Below, piece after piece: positions 10,264 through 19,520 of a stretch of DNA of 64,000 bases (position 1 is its first letter; each line of letters begins with the position of its first letter). The notes beneath the pieces are model-generated. The model was not told the DNA's origin, did no database searches, and saw only the letters and a list, made by a program, of their open reading frames with translations. The position numbers and the translations under genes were made by a program. Source of the DNA: a virus. The stretch is taken from IMG/VR virus record IMGVR_UViG_3300031772_000002, positions 1-64,000 of that record, one strand, 5' to 3'.

Positions 10264-11634
10264 ATGTTTAATTCCAATGATACAATATCGTATACTGTAG
10301 TACCATGTATTTGTGATGGGGTTATCACTAATAAACTTGATGATACTGAATCATATGAAGTTGCCATTCATAAATCTCCATTAGGATCTATAGGTCAAAC
10401 ATATTGTTCTTTATCATACCCTCCAGGATTGGAAGATAATTTTAAAATTGGAGAATTTGTTAAAGTATTAGTTCAATTTCATTTTGGAGGTCCTAAAAAT
10501 GAATTTATAGGAATAGCTCCTAATCATGAAAAAGTAATTATTGGAATTTATTCAGAAAGATCCATCGCTCCTATAAAAATAGAAAATCCTGTTTCTGAAC
10601 CTGATGATAATACATTTAGATTTGTTAATAAAAATTCTGGAGCAGGCATTATTGCTACAGATAATGGGCAGGTTGTATTAGCATCTGGAAATGTAATAAA
10701 TACAACCATGAAACCTTTTGGATTTGGAGTTAAAGAAAATCTTCATTATACATATGCTCAAAATATTCATAGAGTTATTTCTCATAATAGTAAAGCTTCA
10801 TATGCAAGAGAACAATTTGGATTATATGCAGGTAATGATATAAATGAAAAATCTACTATGGTTAGTCCTGAAGATTATTTAATTAATTATAGAAGATATG
10901 TTACTTGTAATAAAAATCCTGATGATTGGATTTCTACATGTGAAGGAACGTATGCTCCATTTGTTGGAGCAAATATGGATACTCTTGTTGTTGAGAAAGG
11001 AAAAGAAGTACTTTTATCAAAAGTTATAAATCAAAAAAAATCAAGAATTACTATTGAAATGGGAGAACCTGGGGATAGTTTTGTTAATATTAGAGTTGAT
11101 GATGTTATTAAGGATGAGGGATTTAGTATAGTGCCTCCAGGAGCCACTACAGCGATACTTGGTAATAGAATGAAGGTTGGTATAAGTGACAAAGGTGCTA
11201 TTGATATAAGGGCATCTGGGGCTGGTTTAAATCAATCTAATAAAAATGGATTGCATGTATCTCTGGACACTTCTGGAAATTTAACAATTCATTCAATTGG
11301 AATTATTACAATATCTCATGGAGATAATGAAAAATCTAACAATTCAATTGTTCTTGATCCTATAAAAGGAATCGATATTAAAGCTAAGAATGGATTAAAA
11401 ATTAATGATCAACCTGTTGTTTTAAAACCATTTGTTGATTTTTTTATTAATAATAAAACTCAATTATGTCAAGTTACATCTATTGGGGGCCCGGCTCCGA
11501 TACATCCGGCGATACTTCCAATTCTTGAAGCTGATGCTAAAAAAATTGCTGATAATAAAGGTTATACGTCAATTGGAGTTAATGGCCAAAAAGGAACTAT
11601 TAATGATAATAGTTCAATTTTTGAAACTGTTTAG
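10264..11634 (+). CDS. Hypothetical virion protein, possibly baseplate hub/spike-like
   Basis: 456 aa ORF, beta-strand-rich Gly/Ile C-terminal half. Confidence 0.35.
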   Translation: MFNSNDTISYTVVPCICDGVITNKLDDTESYEVAIHKSPLGSIGQTYCSLSYPPGLEDNFKIGEFVKVLVQFHFGGPKNEFIGIAPNHEKVIIGIYSERSIAPIKIENPVSEPDDNTFRFVNKNSGAGIIATDNGQVVLASGNVINTTMKPFGFGVKENLHYTYAQNIHRVISHNSKASYAREQFGLYAGNDINEKSTMVSPEDYLINYRRYVTCNKNPDDWISTCEGTYAPFVGANMDTLVVEKGKEVLLSKVINQKKSRITIEMGEPGDSFVNIRVDDVIKDEGFSIVPPGATTAILGNRMKVGISDKGAIDIRASGAGLNQSNKNGLHVSLDTSGNLTIHSIGIITISHGDNEKSNNSIVLDPIKGIDIKAKNGLKINDQPVVLKPFVDFFINNKTQLCQVTSIGGPAPIHPAILPILEADAKKIADNKGYTSIGVNGQKGTINDNSSIFETV

Positions 11635-11668
11635 ATTTATTTTATTATATTTATAATGGGAGTTTTTT

Positions 11669-11962
11669 ATGCCAACTGTACGTTTTTCTAAATCAGCTCT
11701 TGGAGTATCAATAGTTTCTGATATTGAAAAATTTATTAATGATAATGCAAATGCTTCTGAAAATGATAAAAGTTCTACACATGAAGATGGAGCAAAAGCA
11801 TTGGCAAATGCAATAGCTTATGGCATATCACGAGCTCTTTCTGATGTGTCTGTTCAGACAGCTTTTTATACAGGAATTGTTCCACCCACAGTTGGAGGAA
11901 ATCCAGGAATGTTGATACATAATGCTTTGTCAATAATAACAAAGGAAGTAATAGTTGATTAA
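11669..11962 (+). CDS. Hypothetical protein (3' end probably altered by IS607 insertion)
   Basis: ORF with GGAG RBS. Confidence 0.6.
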   Translation: MPTVRFSKSALGVSIVSDIEKFINDNANASENDKSSTHEDGAKALANAIAYGISRALSDVSVQTAFYTGIVPPTVGGNPGMLIHNALSIITKEVIVD

Positions 11963-12013
11963 AATATTGACTTTTCTATAAAAATCTATTATATTTATAG
12001 AAAAGGATATATT

Positions 12014-12604
12014 ATGAAATTTGTGCCACTAAGAAAAGCGATGGAATATTATGGTCAATGTGATAAAACAATCAGAAAATATGCGGAAAATGGAAACATT
12101 AAAGCAAAACGACTCCATTCTGGAAGATGGTTGTTTGACATCGACTCTTATGAAAAGCCATCCAAACAATCAACAATTTGCTACTGTCGTGTATCCTCAA
12201 TCAAGCAAAGAGACGATTTGGTCAGGCAGGTCGTCTTTATGCGAGAACAATTTCATAATGCAGAAATCATCCAGGATATTGGATCTGGACTTAACTACAA
12301 AAGAAAAGGGCTTAACTCCATTCTGGAACGACTTTTGCAAAGAGAAAAGCTTACAATTGTGGTTGCCTACAAAGACAGGCTTGCAAGGTTTGGAACAGAA
12401 CTTATCGAGTTCCTTATCAAGCAAAATGGTGGAGAACTCCTGGTTCTCAACCAATTGGTACATTCCCCCGAAAGAGAGCTTACCGAAGATCTACTCGCCG
12501 TTCTCACAGTATTTTCATGTCGAATGCATGGACTTAGAAGATATAAAAAGCAAGTCGAAGAAGATCCGGATTTACCCAAACCAGAATCAAAAGTCAATAT
12601 TTAA
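12014..12604 (+). CDS. tnpA: IS607 serine recombinase TnpA
   Basis: N-terminal HTH, YCRVSS catalytic motif, DIGSGLNYKR, DRLARFG, EDLLAVL. Confidence 0.93.
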   Translation: MKFVPLRKAMEYYGQCDKTIRKYAENGNIKAKRLHSGRWLFDIDSYEKPSKQSTICYCRVSSIKQRDDLVRQVVFMREQFHNAEIIQDIGSGLNYKRKGLNSILERLLQREKLTIVVAYKDRLARFGTELIEFLIKQNGGELLVLNQLVHSPERELTEDLLAVLTVFSCRMHGLRRYKKQVEEDPDLPKPESKVNI

Positions 12605-13646
12605 AAACTGGTTTGGGGCTGCAAGATTTTCTTTTAATCAAGCTTTTGCATATTTAAAAAACCCAGAGACTAAAGCAAATTGGATGTCTATTAAGGGCGA
12701 ACTGTTAGAAGCTCTCCCAGAATGGTCAAACAAAATTCCATATCAAATTAAATCAATAGCCATTAAAGATGCATGTACCTCAGTTTTGAATGCTAAAAAG
12801 AAATTTGCTATCACGCATGAATTTCAAGATGTGTCTTATAAGTCAAGGAAAGACACCAAACAATCATGCTATATTCCAAAGAGTGCAATTTCTGAATTGG
12901 GAATTTACCATTCAAAAATTGGTGAATTAAAATTTACAGAAAATATTCCTGACAATTGGTGTGACTCAAGGTTAACAAAAGAAAATGGTAGATATTATGT
13001 CTGTATACCACATAAGGTTCAATTACCCTCTATATGCGATAACCAAGCTAACAGGGTAGTTGCTCTCGATCCTGGTGTAAGAACATTTATAACTTTTTTT
13101 TCGGAAAATAGTTGTGGAAAGATTGGAGAAGGATGTTTTAAGAGAATTTTTAATTTATGCTTAAAGATTGATAAATTGCTATCGTCTTTAAGTAAAGAGA
13201 AACTATTCTTTAAAAGATGTAGAATTAAATCTTTAATAGGTAGAACAAAATGGAAGATTAAAGATTTAATTTCTGAACTCCATTTTAAGACAGCTAATTT
13301 TCTAGTCAAGAATTTTGATATTATTTTACTTCCAACTTTTGAAGTGTCAGATATGGTTGACAAATCAAAAAGAAAAATATCTTCGAGAACGGCTCGTAAT
13401 ATGCTGTCATTATCTCATTACAAATTTAAACAGATTATTAAATTTGTAGCTAATAATAATCATAAATTTGTTATTGACGTTAATGAAGCATATACATCAA
13501 AGACCGTGTCATGGACTGGTGAAATAATAGAAAACTTGAATGGAAATAGAGTTATAAAAAGTAACTTTGATGGACAAGTGATGGATCGAGATTATAATGG
13601 TGCTCGTGGAATATTTCTACGAGCACTACGGGGAGATACACCTTAA
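12051..13646 (+). CDS. tnpB: IS607 TnpB, Fanzor2-like (pro-Fanzor); alternative start 12528
   Basis: KIRIYP, ALDPGVRTF, LLPTFE, VNEAYTSKT, DRDYNGARGIF; zinc-finger cysteines absent. Confidence 0.88.
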   Translation: MVNVIKQSENMRKMETLKQNDSILEDGCLTSTLMKSHPNNQQFATVVYPQSSKETIWSGRSSLCENNFIMQKSSRILDLDLTTKEKGLTPFWNDFCKEKSLQLWLPTKTGLQGLEQNLSSSLSSKMVENSWFSTNWYIPPKESLPKIYSPFSQYFHVECMDLEDIKSKSKKIRIYPNQNQKSIFKNWFGAARFSFNQAFAYLKNPETKANWMSIKGELLEALPEWSNKIPYQIKSIAIKDACTSVLNAKKKFAITHEFQDVSYKSRKDTKQSCYIPKSAISELGIYHSKIGELKFTENIPDNWCDSRLTKENGRYYVCIPHKVQLPSICDNQANRVVALDPGVRTFITFFSENSCGKIGEGCFKRIFNLCLKIDKLLSSLSKEKLFFKRCRIKSLIGRTKWKIKDLISELHFKTANFLVKNFDIILLPTFEVSDMVDKSKRKISSRTARNMLSLSHYKFKQIIKFVANNNHKFVIDVNEAYTSKTVSWTGEIIENLNGNRVIKSNFDGQVMDRDYNGARGIFLRALRGDTP

Positions 13647-13730
13647 TTGGTAGAAAGTTATAGAATTTTCTACAAAGAAAGTATCGGAATAGTTAATTTT
13701 AAAATTTAACAATTTATAAAGGAAAAAATT

Positions 13731-15926
13731 ATGGTTAGTATTAAAGATGCTGTTATTCCTCAAACTGAGTTTATTAAACTTTCTACTTATAAACTTTCAA
13801 ATAATATTTCTGATTGGAATGATGAAATAATGAGTAAATTTTTTGAAGAGATTAATTACATTCCTAAAGAATATAATGTAGATATTGTAGTTAATAATAT
13901 TGATGAAGATAAGGGATATGCTAAGGGAAGCATTGTAGTGTCTTATAATAATAAGCAAATTAATTTTCCTATTATAGTTAATAATTATCAATTATCTCCA
14001 TTTGATACATTCGTACATAAAGATAAAGATATTATTAAATATTATCCTGCAAATATTATTAATATGACCAAATTGTTAATTAGTCAAAAAATTGGCAAAC
14101 CTGAAGATATTTATAAAGATCAGGGAAATTCAGAATCTATTAAAAGTGTTGGTGGTGTATATCCTAAAAGGGCCAATACTATCGGAAATATTGATGATGC
14201 TTCATATCCAACTTTTGCTAAATTATCATCATGGAATAAAAAGATATTAAAAGAAGATCTTGAAAAATTTGCTATACAATTAGAAAGTGATCCTACTATA
14301 AGTCAAAAATTTGTTGAAAATACAGGAGATTTAATGACCAATCTTATAGATCTTGAAACTCCTAAAGTTATTCCTAACAATGAAAAATCTGGTGTCTTAG
14401 ATGTAAATGATGTAATACAAGCAAAGCAAGTTGTTACTACAATAGATTCTCAAATATTTGATGTAAATAAATTACAACCAATGATAGCTCCTACTGTATG
14501 TGAATTAAGAATATATGAACAACCATCGTTAGAACAATTTATTGAGAGTGGAAATAGTGCAATTGGGAGATTCGAATCTTCTAATAATGGGATTCCTATA
14601 TCTGGAGTTGTTCTTGATTATAAAAAATCTAGTGATTTGTATGATTCAAATGAATGTGCAACCGCAGCGCCATTATCAGGTAAATATGAAGAAAAAAATA
14701 AGGATAAAATATTAATAAAAAATAGACGAGATCAGATATTTATTTCTCTTGATGGAAATTTATATTCTGAATTTTCAGATTATGATAAAAAAGGTATTGG
14801 ATTTTATGGATTAAAAACATTGACAGGAGATGGTGTTCTTGAAAAGGCAGTTGGCATGATTAGAGATAATACTAATAATGATATTATTAATATTTCTTCT
14901 GAAAATAAAAATGATGGAGCTGACAAATCTTTTAATTATATAAAAGATATGAATCAAGGAATTGGATATAATTCGTTTTGTTCATGTGATCCTGTGAGTT
15001 CGTCATTAATTATAATTTATGGAGCTAATAATTCTTATGAATGTATTCTTTTTAATGATAAATTTAAAAAAATTAAAATTAATGATAATAATGCATATGT
15101 CAGTAATGAATCAGCTATAATTCCAGCTAATATTATATCAGTTCAAAAAGTAACTGCAGTTAAAAATCCAATATACAAAATGGCATTAGGTAATGTTAAA
15201 AATATTTATTTAATTCCTGAATCTTCAATAGTTATTAATACACAACGTATGAGAAATATTCCTACAACCGGTAGAAATGGATTTATGACTCCAAGTTTAC
15301 CAATAAAAGAAATATATGAAAATTCGGGCATAAATGAAATAAAAATTAAAGCGACAAATGATGGATATAAAATTAAAGGAACAGCATTTGATCCTTTAAA
15401 AAAGGTTGCTCATTTAGTAAATCCATTATCGACTATTCATACTAAAACTGTATTAAAAATAATGGGAATGTCTGATGATATGATAAAGATTGCAATGACA
15501 TCTGCTCTTTTAAAATTATCTAATAATTCTATTATTGATAAAGATGTTTCAATTTTTGGCGTTAATGATGATTATATTAATCCTGATTCATTTAAATCAA
15601 TAGAAAAAAAAGCTAATATTGATAGTTTGTTTTCGCAGATATCTGATAAAATAAAATTAAATTTAGTAAAAGAAGCTAGTGAATTGGCAAGTCCTGATGC
15701 TGTTGATGTTGTTCTGTCTCTTAATTTTATTAATAAAGATAGTTTAATAGATTATGTTGATAATATTGATGAAATGGAAAAAGTTGTCAACGAATTATCT
15801 AAATATCTAATTGCATCTCGCATGGGATTAACAATGATTAATGAGTCTGCTACTAAAAAAGCTATTGATGGAATAACTGAAGTTATACAAAATCTTGAAC
15901 AAATTAAAATTGCTATTGGTAAATAG
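13731..15926 (+). CDS. Large hypothetical protein, probable head-associated (K-x-A/S motifs)
   Basis: 731 aa; EKFA, KKVA, EKKA, VKEAS. Confidence 0.45.
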   Translation: MVSIKDAVIPQTEFIKLSTYKLSNNISDWNDEIMSKFFEEINYIPKEYNVDIVVNNIDEDKGYAKGSIVVSYNNKQINFPIIVNNYQLSPFDTFVHKDKDIIKYYPANIINMTKLLISQKIGKPEDIYKDQGNSESIKSVGGVYPKRANTIGNIDDASYPTFAKLSSWNKKILKEDLEKFAIQLESDPTISQKFVENTGDLMTNLIDLETPKVIPNNEKSGVLDVNDVIQAKQVVTTIDSQIFDVNKLQPMIAPTVCELRIYEQPSLEQFIESGNSAIGRFESSNNGIPISGVVLDYKKSSDLYDSNECATAAPLSGKYEEKNKDKILIKNRRDQIFISLDGNLYSEFSDYDKKGIGFYGLKTLTGDGVLEKAVGMIRDNTNNDIINISSENKNDGADKSFNYIKDMNQGIGYNSFCSCDPVSSSLIIIYGANNSYECILFNDKFKKIKINDNNAYVSNESAIIPANIISVQKVTAVKNPIYKMALGNVKNIYLIPESSIVINTQRMRNIPTTGRNGFMTPSLPIKEIYENSGINEIKIKATNDGYKIKGTAFDPLKKVAHLVNPLSTIHTKTVLKIMGMSDDMIKIAMTSALLKLSNNSIIDKDVSIFGVNDDYINPDSFKSIEKKANIDSLFSQISDKIKLNLVKEASELASPDAVDVVLSLNFINKDSLIDYVDNIDEMEKVVNELSKYLIASRMGLTMINESATKKAIDGITEVIQNLEQIKIAIGK

Positions 15927-15928
15927 CT

Positions 15929-15958
15929 AAAAAAAACTCCCGTGTCGAATACGAGAGT
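15929..15958 (-). terminator. Intrinsic terminator of the RT operon
   Basis: Minus strand ACTCTCGT-7 nt-ACGGGAGT (one G-U) followed by a U-run. Confidence 0.8.
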
Positions 15959-15959
15959 A

Positions 15960-16137
15960 AGAATTATCAGACAATACCTGGCTGGGGTCGGGGCCAGACA
16001 GGGATCTTAACCTGTATGGCCCTGCACGAACTTTTATAAAAAGTTCGTGAACAGGCAGGTAATAGAAATTGTTCCACTTTAAACTAAAGTGGAACAATGA
16101 ACTAATTACCTACTTAGTTGGGCGATTCACCCAACTT
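15960..16137 (-). ncRNA. Candidate RT-associated structured RNA downstream of the operon
   Basis: Locally GC-rich; consecutive stems 16116-16136, 16055-16113 (13-bp perfect core), 16021-16055 (11-bp core), 15991-16022. Confidence 0.6.
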
Positions 16138-16329
16138 AGAATCTTTACTTTTACTAAGATTCTTTCTTCTGAATTCTTTTTTTATATTTTTAATTTCTTT
16201 TACTTCATTTGAAATGGTGTTGCTATTGTCAACAATAGCATCTGCCAAATCAAATATAGTATCGGTAATTTTTTTTACGTGTTTAATTATTTTTTTAGCA
16301 TTAGGAGTTTTGTAATCACTTTTATTCAT
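16114..16329 (-). CDS. Small basic hypothetical protein, last gene of RT operon
   Basis: 71 aa; start overlaps RNase H stop. Confidence 0.55.
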   Translation of the reverse strand: MNKSDYKTPNAKKIIKHVKKITDTIFDLADAIVDNSNTISNEVKEIKNIKKEFRRKNLSKSKDSKLGESPN

Positions 16330-16807
16330 GTGGACTTCTTTTAATGAAATCTTTTGCTATACGATCAACTTCTTGATTATTTTTATCATCCCCATGACCT
16401 TCAACCCATTTAAATTTAACAGTTTTAAATTCTAAAACTAATGAATATATTTTTTTCCACAATTTTTTATTTAATAAAGCTTTTCCATTGGATTTTCTCC
16501 AACCATTATTTGCCCATTCTATAATATAATCATTCCAATTTTCAGTTACATACTGAGAATCGCTATTAATAATGCAATCATGATCTTTTATTAATGATTG
16601 TGATGACCGTAAAAATTTTTTTAATCGTAATAAACTTCCTATTACTGCAATCAATTCCATTTGATTATTTGTTACATTGATACGGAATCCACCACCTTTC
16701 ATAATTTTTCTATAATTTAATATAATTATATATCCGTATCCTCCTTTGCATTCGCTATTTAATCTGTTTCCAGAACATGCTCCGTCTGTATATATTTCAA
16801 AAATCAT
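16322..16807 (-). CDS. rnhA: Ribonuclease HI
   Basis: YTDGACSGN, TNNQMEL, SDSQYV, WRKSNGK, WVEGH, NQEVDRIA; D-E-D-D intact. Confidence 0.95.
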   Translation of the reverse strand: MIFEIYTDGACSGNRLNSECKGGYGYIIILNYRKIMKGGGFRINVTNNQMELIAVIGSLLRLKKFLRSSQSLIKDHDCIINSDSQYVTENWNDYIIEWANNGWRKSNGKALLNKKLWKKIYSLVLEFKTVKFKWVEGHGDDKNNQEVDRIAKDFIKRSPHE

Positions 16808-17874
16808 TTGGCCCCCTTTGTCTTAAGGCCAAATTTTTCTTTTTCAAACTGTTTTAATTTTTCCATATATTTTTTACCTTGATAAGCATCAATAGACATT
16901 AAGTATGATGCCCATCCTTTTAATTTTCTTAACATTTTTTTAGTAGTTTGATCTGGATTTTTTTTTGTTGCATTATGAACTTTTGCTCTAAAAATTCTTA
17001 CATCGTATCTGGGGACTGATGTTTTTACATTAACTATTATTCCGCATGTTTTGAGTCTTCCAGATTTAGATTTAAATTTAGTTTTTTTCTTATTGGGTCG
17101 CAGTTTGTAAGCCCACAATTGTTGATATGCTAAATTTTTTACTTGTTTTTCAAGTTCGATTTTATTAATAGTTTTACTGGAAAAAGTTAAGTCATCAGCG
17201 TATCTGGTGTATACTATATTATTTTTTTCACAATGTTCAAGTAATTTTTTATCAAAACCTCTCATAATGAGGTTTGCAAGAATTGGTGATGTTGGAAATC
17301 CTTGAGCGCAAAATCCATTATAAGTACAGATATCAATTACTCGTGTCATTAATGATTGGTATCCTGTTTCGATACAATATTCAGGAATAAATACGGCTTT
17401 AATTTCTTCGCATTTAAATTCATAATCTTTTAATTTATTATGATACAATGACGGATTGCATCCATTTTCAAGCATTCTATCATAAAATTTACAAAACCTA
17501 CAAATTACTTTGTTTCCAAAAAGACAATTTTTTAAATGATCTTGAGATATTGAATCAAAAAAATTTTTTATATCTATCTTTCCTAAAGACATTGCTCCTA
17601 CGTGCAATCTTGCGTTTGTTACAATGCCCCTCTTATTAACAAATCCATGAGCTGCATCGCTTGGTTTATATTTTTTTAGAAATTTCCAATAAATACTTTT
17701 TTGTATATATTTTAATTTATTATCAGGAGCAATTATATTTCTTAACGATCCGTCACTTTTAGGTATATTCATTCTTCTTATATGTTTATCTTTATTTGCA
17801 ATGATTTCATCAATTTCATCTATTGATGAATTCATAAAGTATTGAATGTCGAAATTACTATTATCCTTGAACAT
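16804..17874 (-). CDS. Retron-type reverse transcriptase with Cys-rich insertion
   Basis: IPKSDG..R.I.AP, AAHGF, NARLH (retron NAxxH), DIKNFFDSI, AQGFPTSPILAN, YTRYADDLTFS, TCGIIVN (VTG-like region Y). Confidence 0.93.
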   Translation of the reverse strand: MFKDNSNFDIQYFMNSSIDEIDEIIANKDKHIRRMNIPKSDGSLRNIIAPDNKLKYIQKSIYWKFLKKYKPSDAAHGFVNKRGIVTNARLHVGAMSLGKIDIKNFFDSISQDHLKNCLFGNKVICRFCKFYDRMLENGCNPSLYHNKLKDYEFKCEEIKAVFIPEYCIETGYQSLMTRVIDICTYNGFCAQGFPTSPILANLIMRGFDKKLLEHCEKNNIVYTRYADDLTFSSKTINKIELEKQVKNLAYQQLWAYKLRPNKKKTKFKSKSGRLKTCGIIVNVKTSVPRYDVRIFRAKVHNATKKNPDQTTKKMLRKLKGWASYLMSIDAYQGKKYMEKLKQFEKEKFGLKTKGAK

Positions 17875-19042
17875 CTCCAGTCTCCTTTTTATCTATTTTT
17901 TTAACAGCTTGTTCGCGTGCGTCATCAATAGTGATTTCTTTATTTTCAGATGATGCTTGTTTAACTATTTCATTAGCTTTTTTTTCAACTGAATCTTCTT
18001 TGTCAACTGCATATTTTTCCATACTAATATCTTCTCCTTCATTTATATAAGTTGTTATTTGATTTAAAAATTTATCTAAATCACCAATTTTCAATATTGC
18101 TCCTCCAACTTTTTTATGCCCACCTCCTGATATAGGATATGAAAGATCTGAAAGAAATTTACCAATATTAAGATCGTATCTAAATTCAACCCATGGATTA
18201 GCTCCTATTTCACAATGAATAGATTCTTCTCCATGATTTATAATTCTAATAGAATAAGGAAGGTCTTGATTGACAAAAAATTCAGAATATCTAGGATATT
18301 CATATAATGAATTACAGTATATTATTCCTATATTAATATTTTTAACTATATTTTTTTCAATTTTTAAAGCTCTTTTTTTTAAATTTAAAACTTCTGAATT
18401 ATCTATATTCATCGAAAATAATAGATCATCAATATCAAAATCATATTTAACTATATTTTCAACTATACGACAATATGTATTATCAATATATAATTTCATA
18501 TTTTCAAGGTATGCTCTTAAAATCATTAATGGATGTAAACTATTGAAAACAGAATTTACATTAGTATAATTTGCAGAATCAATCATATCTATAATATTAA
18601 TATCATCAATAAAATTGTTGATTACATCTAATTTATTTGATTGATTTTTTATTATATAATTATATAAAACTCGTGTTGCGGATTTTTCACCTATTGAGTA
18701 TATAATATGTTTTTTATTATATATTTCTATTAATTCATTAGTTGTTTTATCGGTGAACTCTTTGTTTTGATGATGATCAATCCATATATTACATAAATCG
18801 TTGTATTGGTAATCAATGATTATAATATTTGGATTTATATTTTTTAAACAGATTTCTTTAATAAATGAATTAAATTTAATTCCTCTCATTGATGTTTTGA
18901 CAGGGCATAATTTGATTGGAAAATTTTTAGTGTCATTTTCAATAAAAGATTTAATAAATATGGCTGATGTGTATATGCCATCCATATCATCATGAAAAAA
19001 AATATAGTGTTTCTTTTTATTACAATAATTTTCTAATCCCAC
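17861..19042 (-). CDS. DHH/DHHA1-family phosphoesterase
   Basis: FHDDMDG, IIIIDY, WIDHH, MIDSA, GGGH; likely GTG start 19042 after GGAGG (ORF track start 19054). Confidence 0.88.
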   Translation of the reverse strand: MGLENYCNKKKHYIFFHDDMDGIYTSAIFIKSFIENDTKNFPIKLCPVKTSMRGIKFNSFIKEICLKNINPNIIIIDYQYNDLCNIWIDHHQNKEFTDKTTNELIEIYNKKHIIYSIGEKSATRVLYNYIIKNQSNKLDVINNFIDDINIIDMIDSANYTNVNSVFNSLHPLMILRAYLENMKLYIDNTYCRIVENIVKYDFDIDDLLFSMNIDNSEVLNLKKRALKIEKNIVKNINIGIIYCNSLYEYPRYSEFFVNQDLPYSIRIINHGEESIHCEIGANPWVEFRYDLNIGKFLSDLSYPISGGGHKKVGGAILKIGDLDKFLNQITTYINEGEDISMEKYAVDKEDSVEKKANEIVKQASSENKEITIDDAREQAVKKIDKKETGDVQG

Positions 19043-19069
19043 ATGTTCCTCCATTTGTTAGTAATAAAT

Positions 19070-19103
19070 AAAAAAAAAGAGAATCAGACGAATCTAATTC
19101 TCT
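19070..19103 (-). terminator. Intrinsic terminator-like hairpin just upstream of DHH gene
   Basis: AGAGAATTAGA-TTCG-TCTGATTCTCT plus U-run on minus strand. Confidence 0.7.
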
Positions 19104-19212
19104 CTTTAAAAATCTTCTATATTTGTTATTACATAATAATTATGAAAATAACATTTTTTTTTGTTTATAATTAAAAAAAAAAAAATAATAATAATATAAC
19201 ATAATATTATAA

Positions 19213-19497
19213 AAAGCATGCCAGTTCAATTAAAATCATTGAATACAGAACTGGAAACTCTATCTTGCATTTAAACATCTATGCAGAAGTCTTTGCTCTT
19301 TATATTACATATTTTTATATCCTACCCCTATATACCTTTCGATATATATTTTTTTTTAAATTATAATAATAAAACGGGGTAGGCCGTGATATTATTATTT
19401 TTACCTTTAACCTTGTTATATTTATAATGTTGGGTTAAAATCAACATTATAAACCTGTTAGTGAACAGGAACATTTAACCAGTGATATACATGCTTT
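19213..19497 (-). ncRNA. Candidate structured RNA upstream of RT operon
   Basis: Closing IR AAAGCATG/CATGCTTT and six internal stems; promoter motif upstream; long U-run downstream; no ORF in track. Confidence 0.55.
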
Positions 19498-19520
19498 AAG
19501 TAGGTTAAACGTACTCATTA

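Larger units (their letters stand above)
11944..13687 (+). mobile_element. IS607-family insertion sequence
   Basis: Serine-recombinase tnpA overlapping tnpB; TAGAAA/TTCTA short repeats near both ends; candidate GG crossover dinucleotides 11944-45 and 13686-87 (ends inferred). Confidence 0.8.

Noticed and set aside
16804-17874. DGR or group II intron RT
   Set aside because: No TR/VR pair with A-specific mismatches or Avd seen; no maturase/domain V; NAxxH and YADD fit retron type
19213-19497. tRNA, tmRNA or RNase P RNA
   Set aside because: No T-loop/acceptor or other signature recognised; Rfam search still needed
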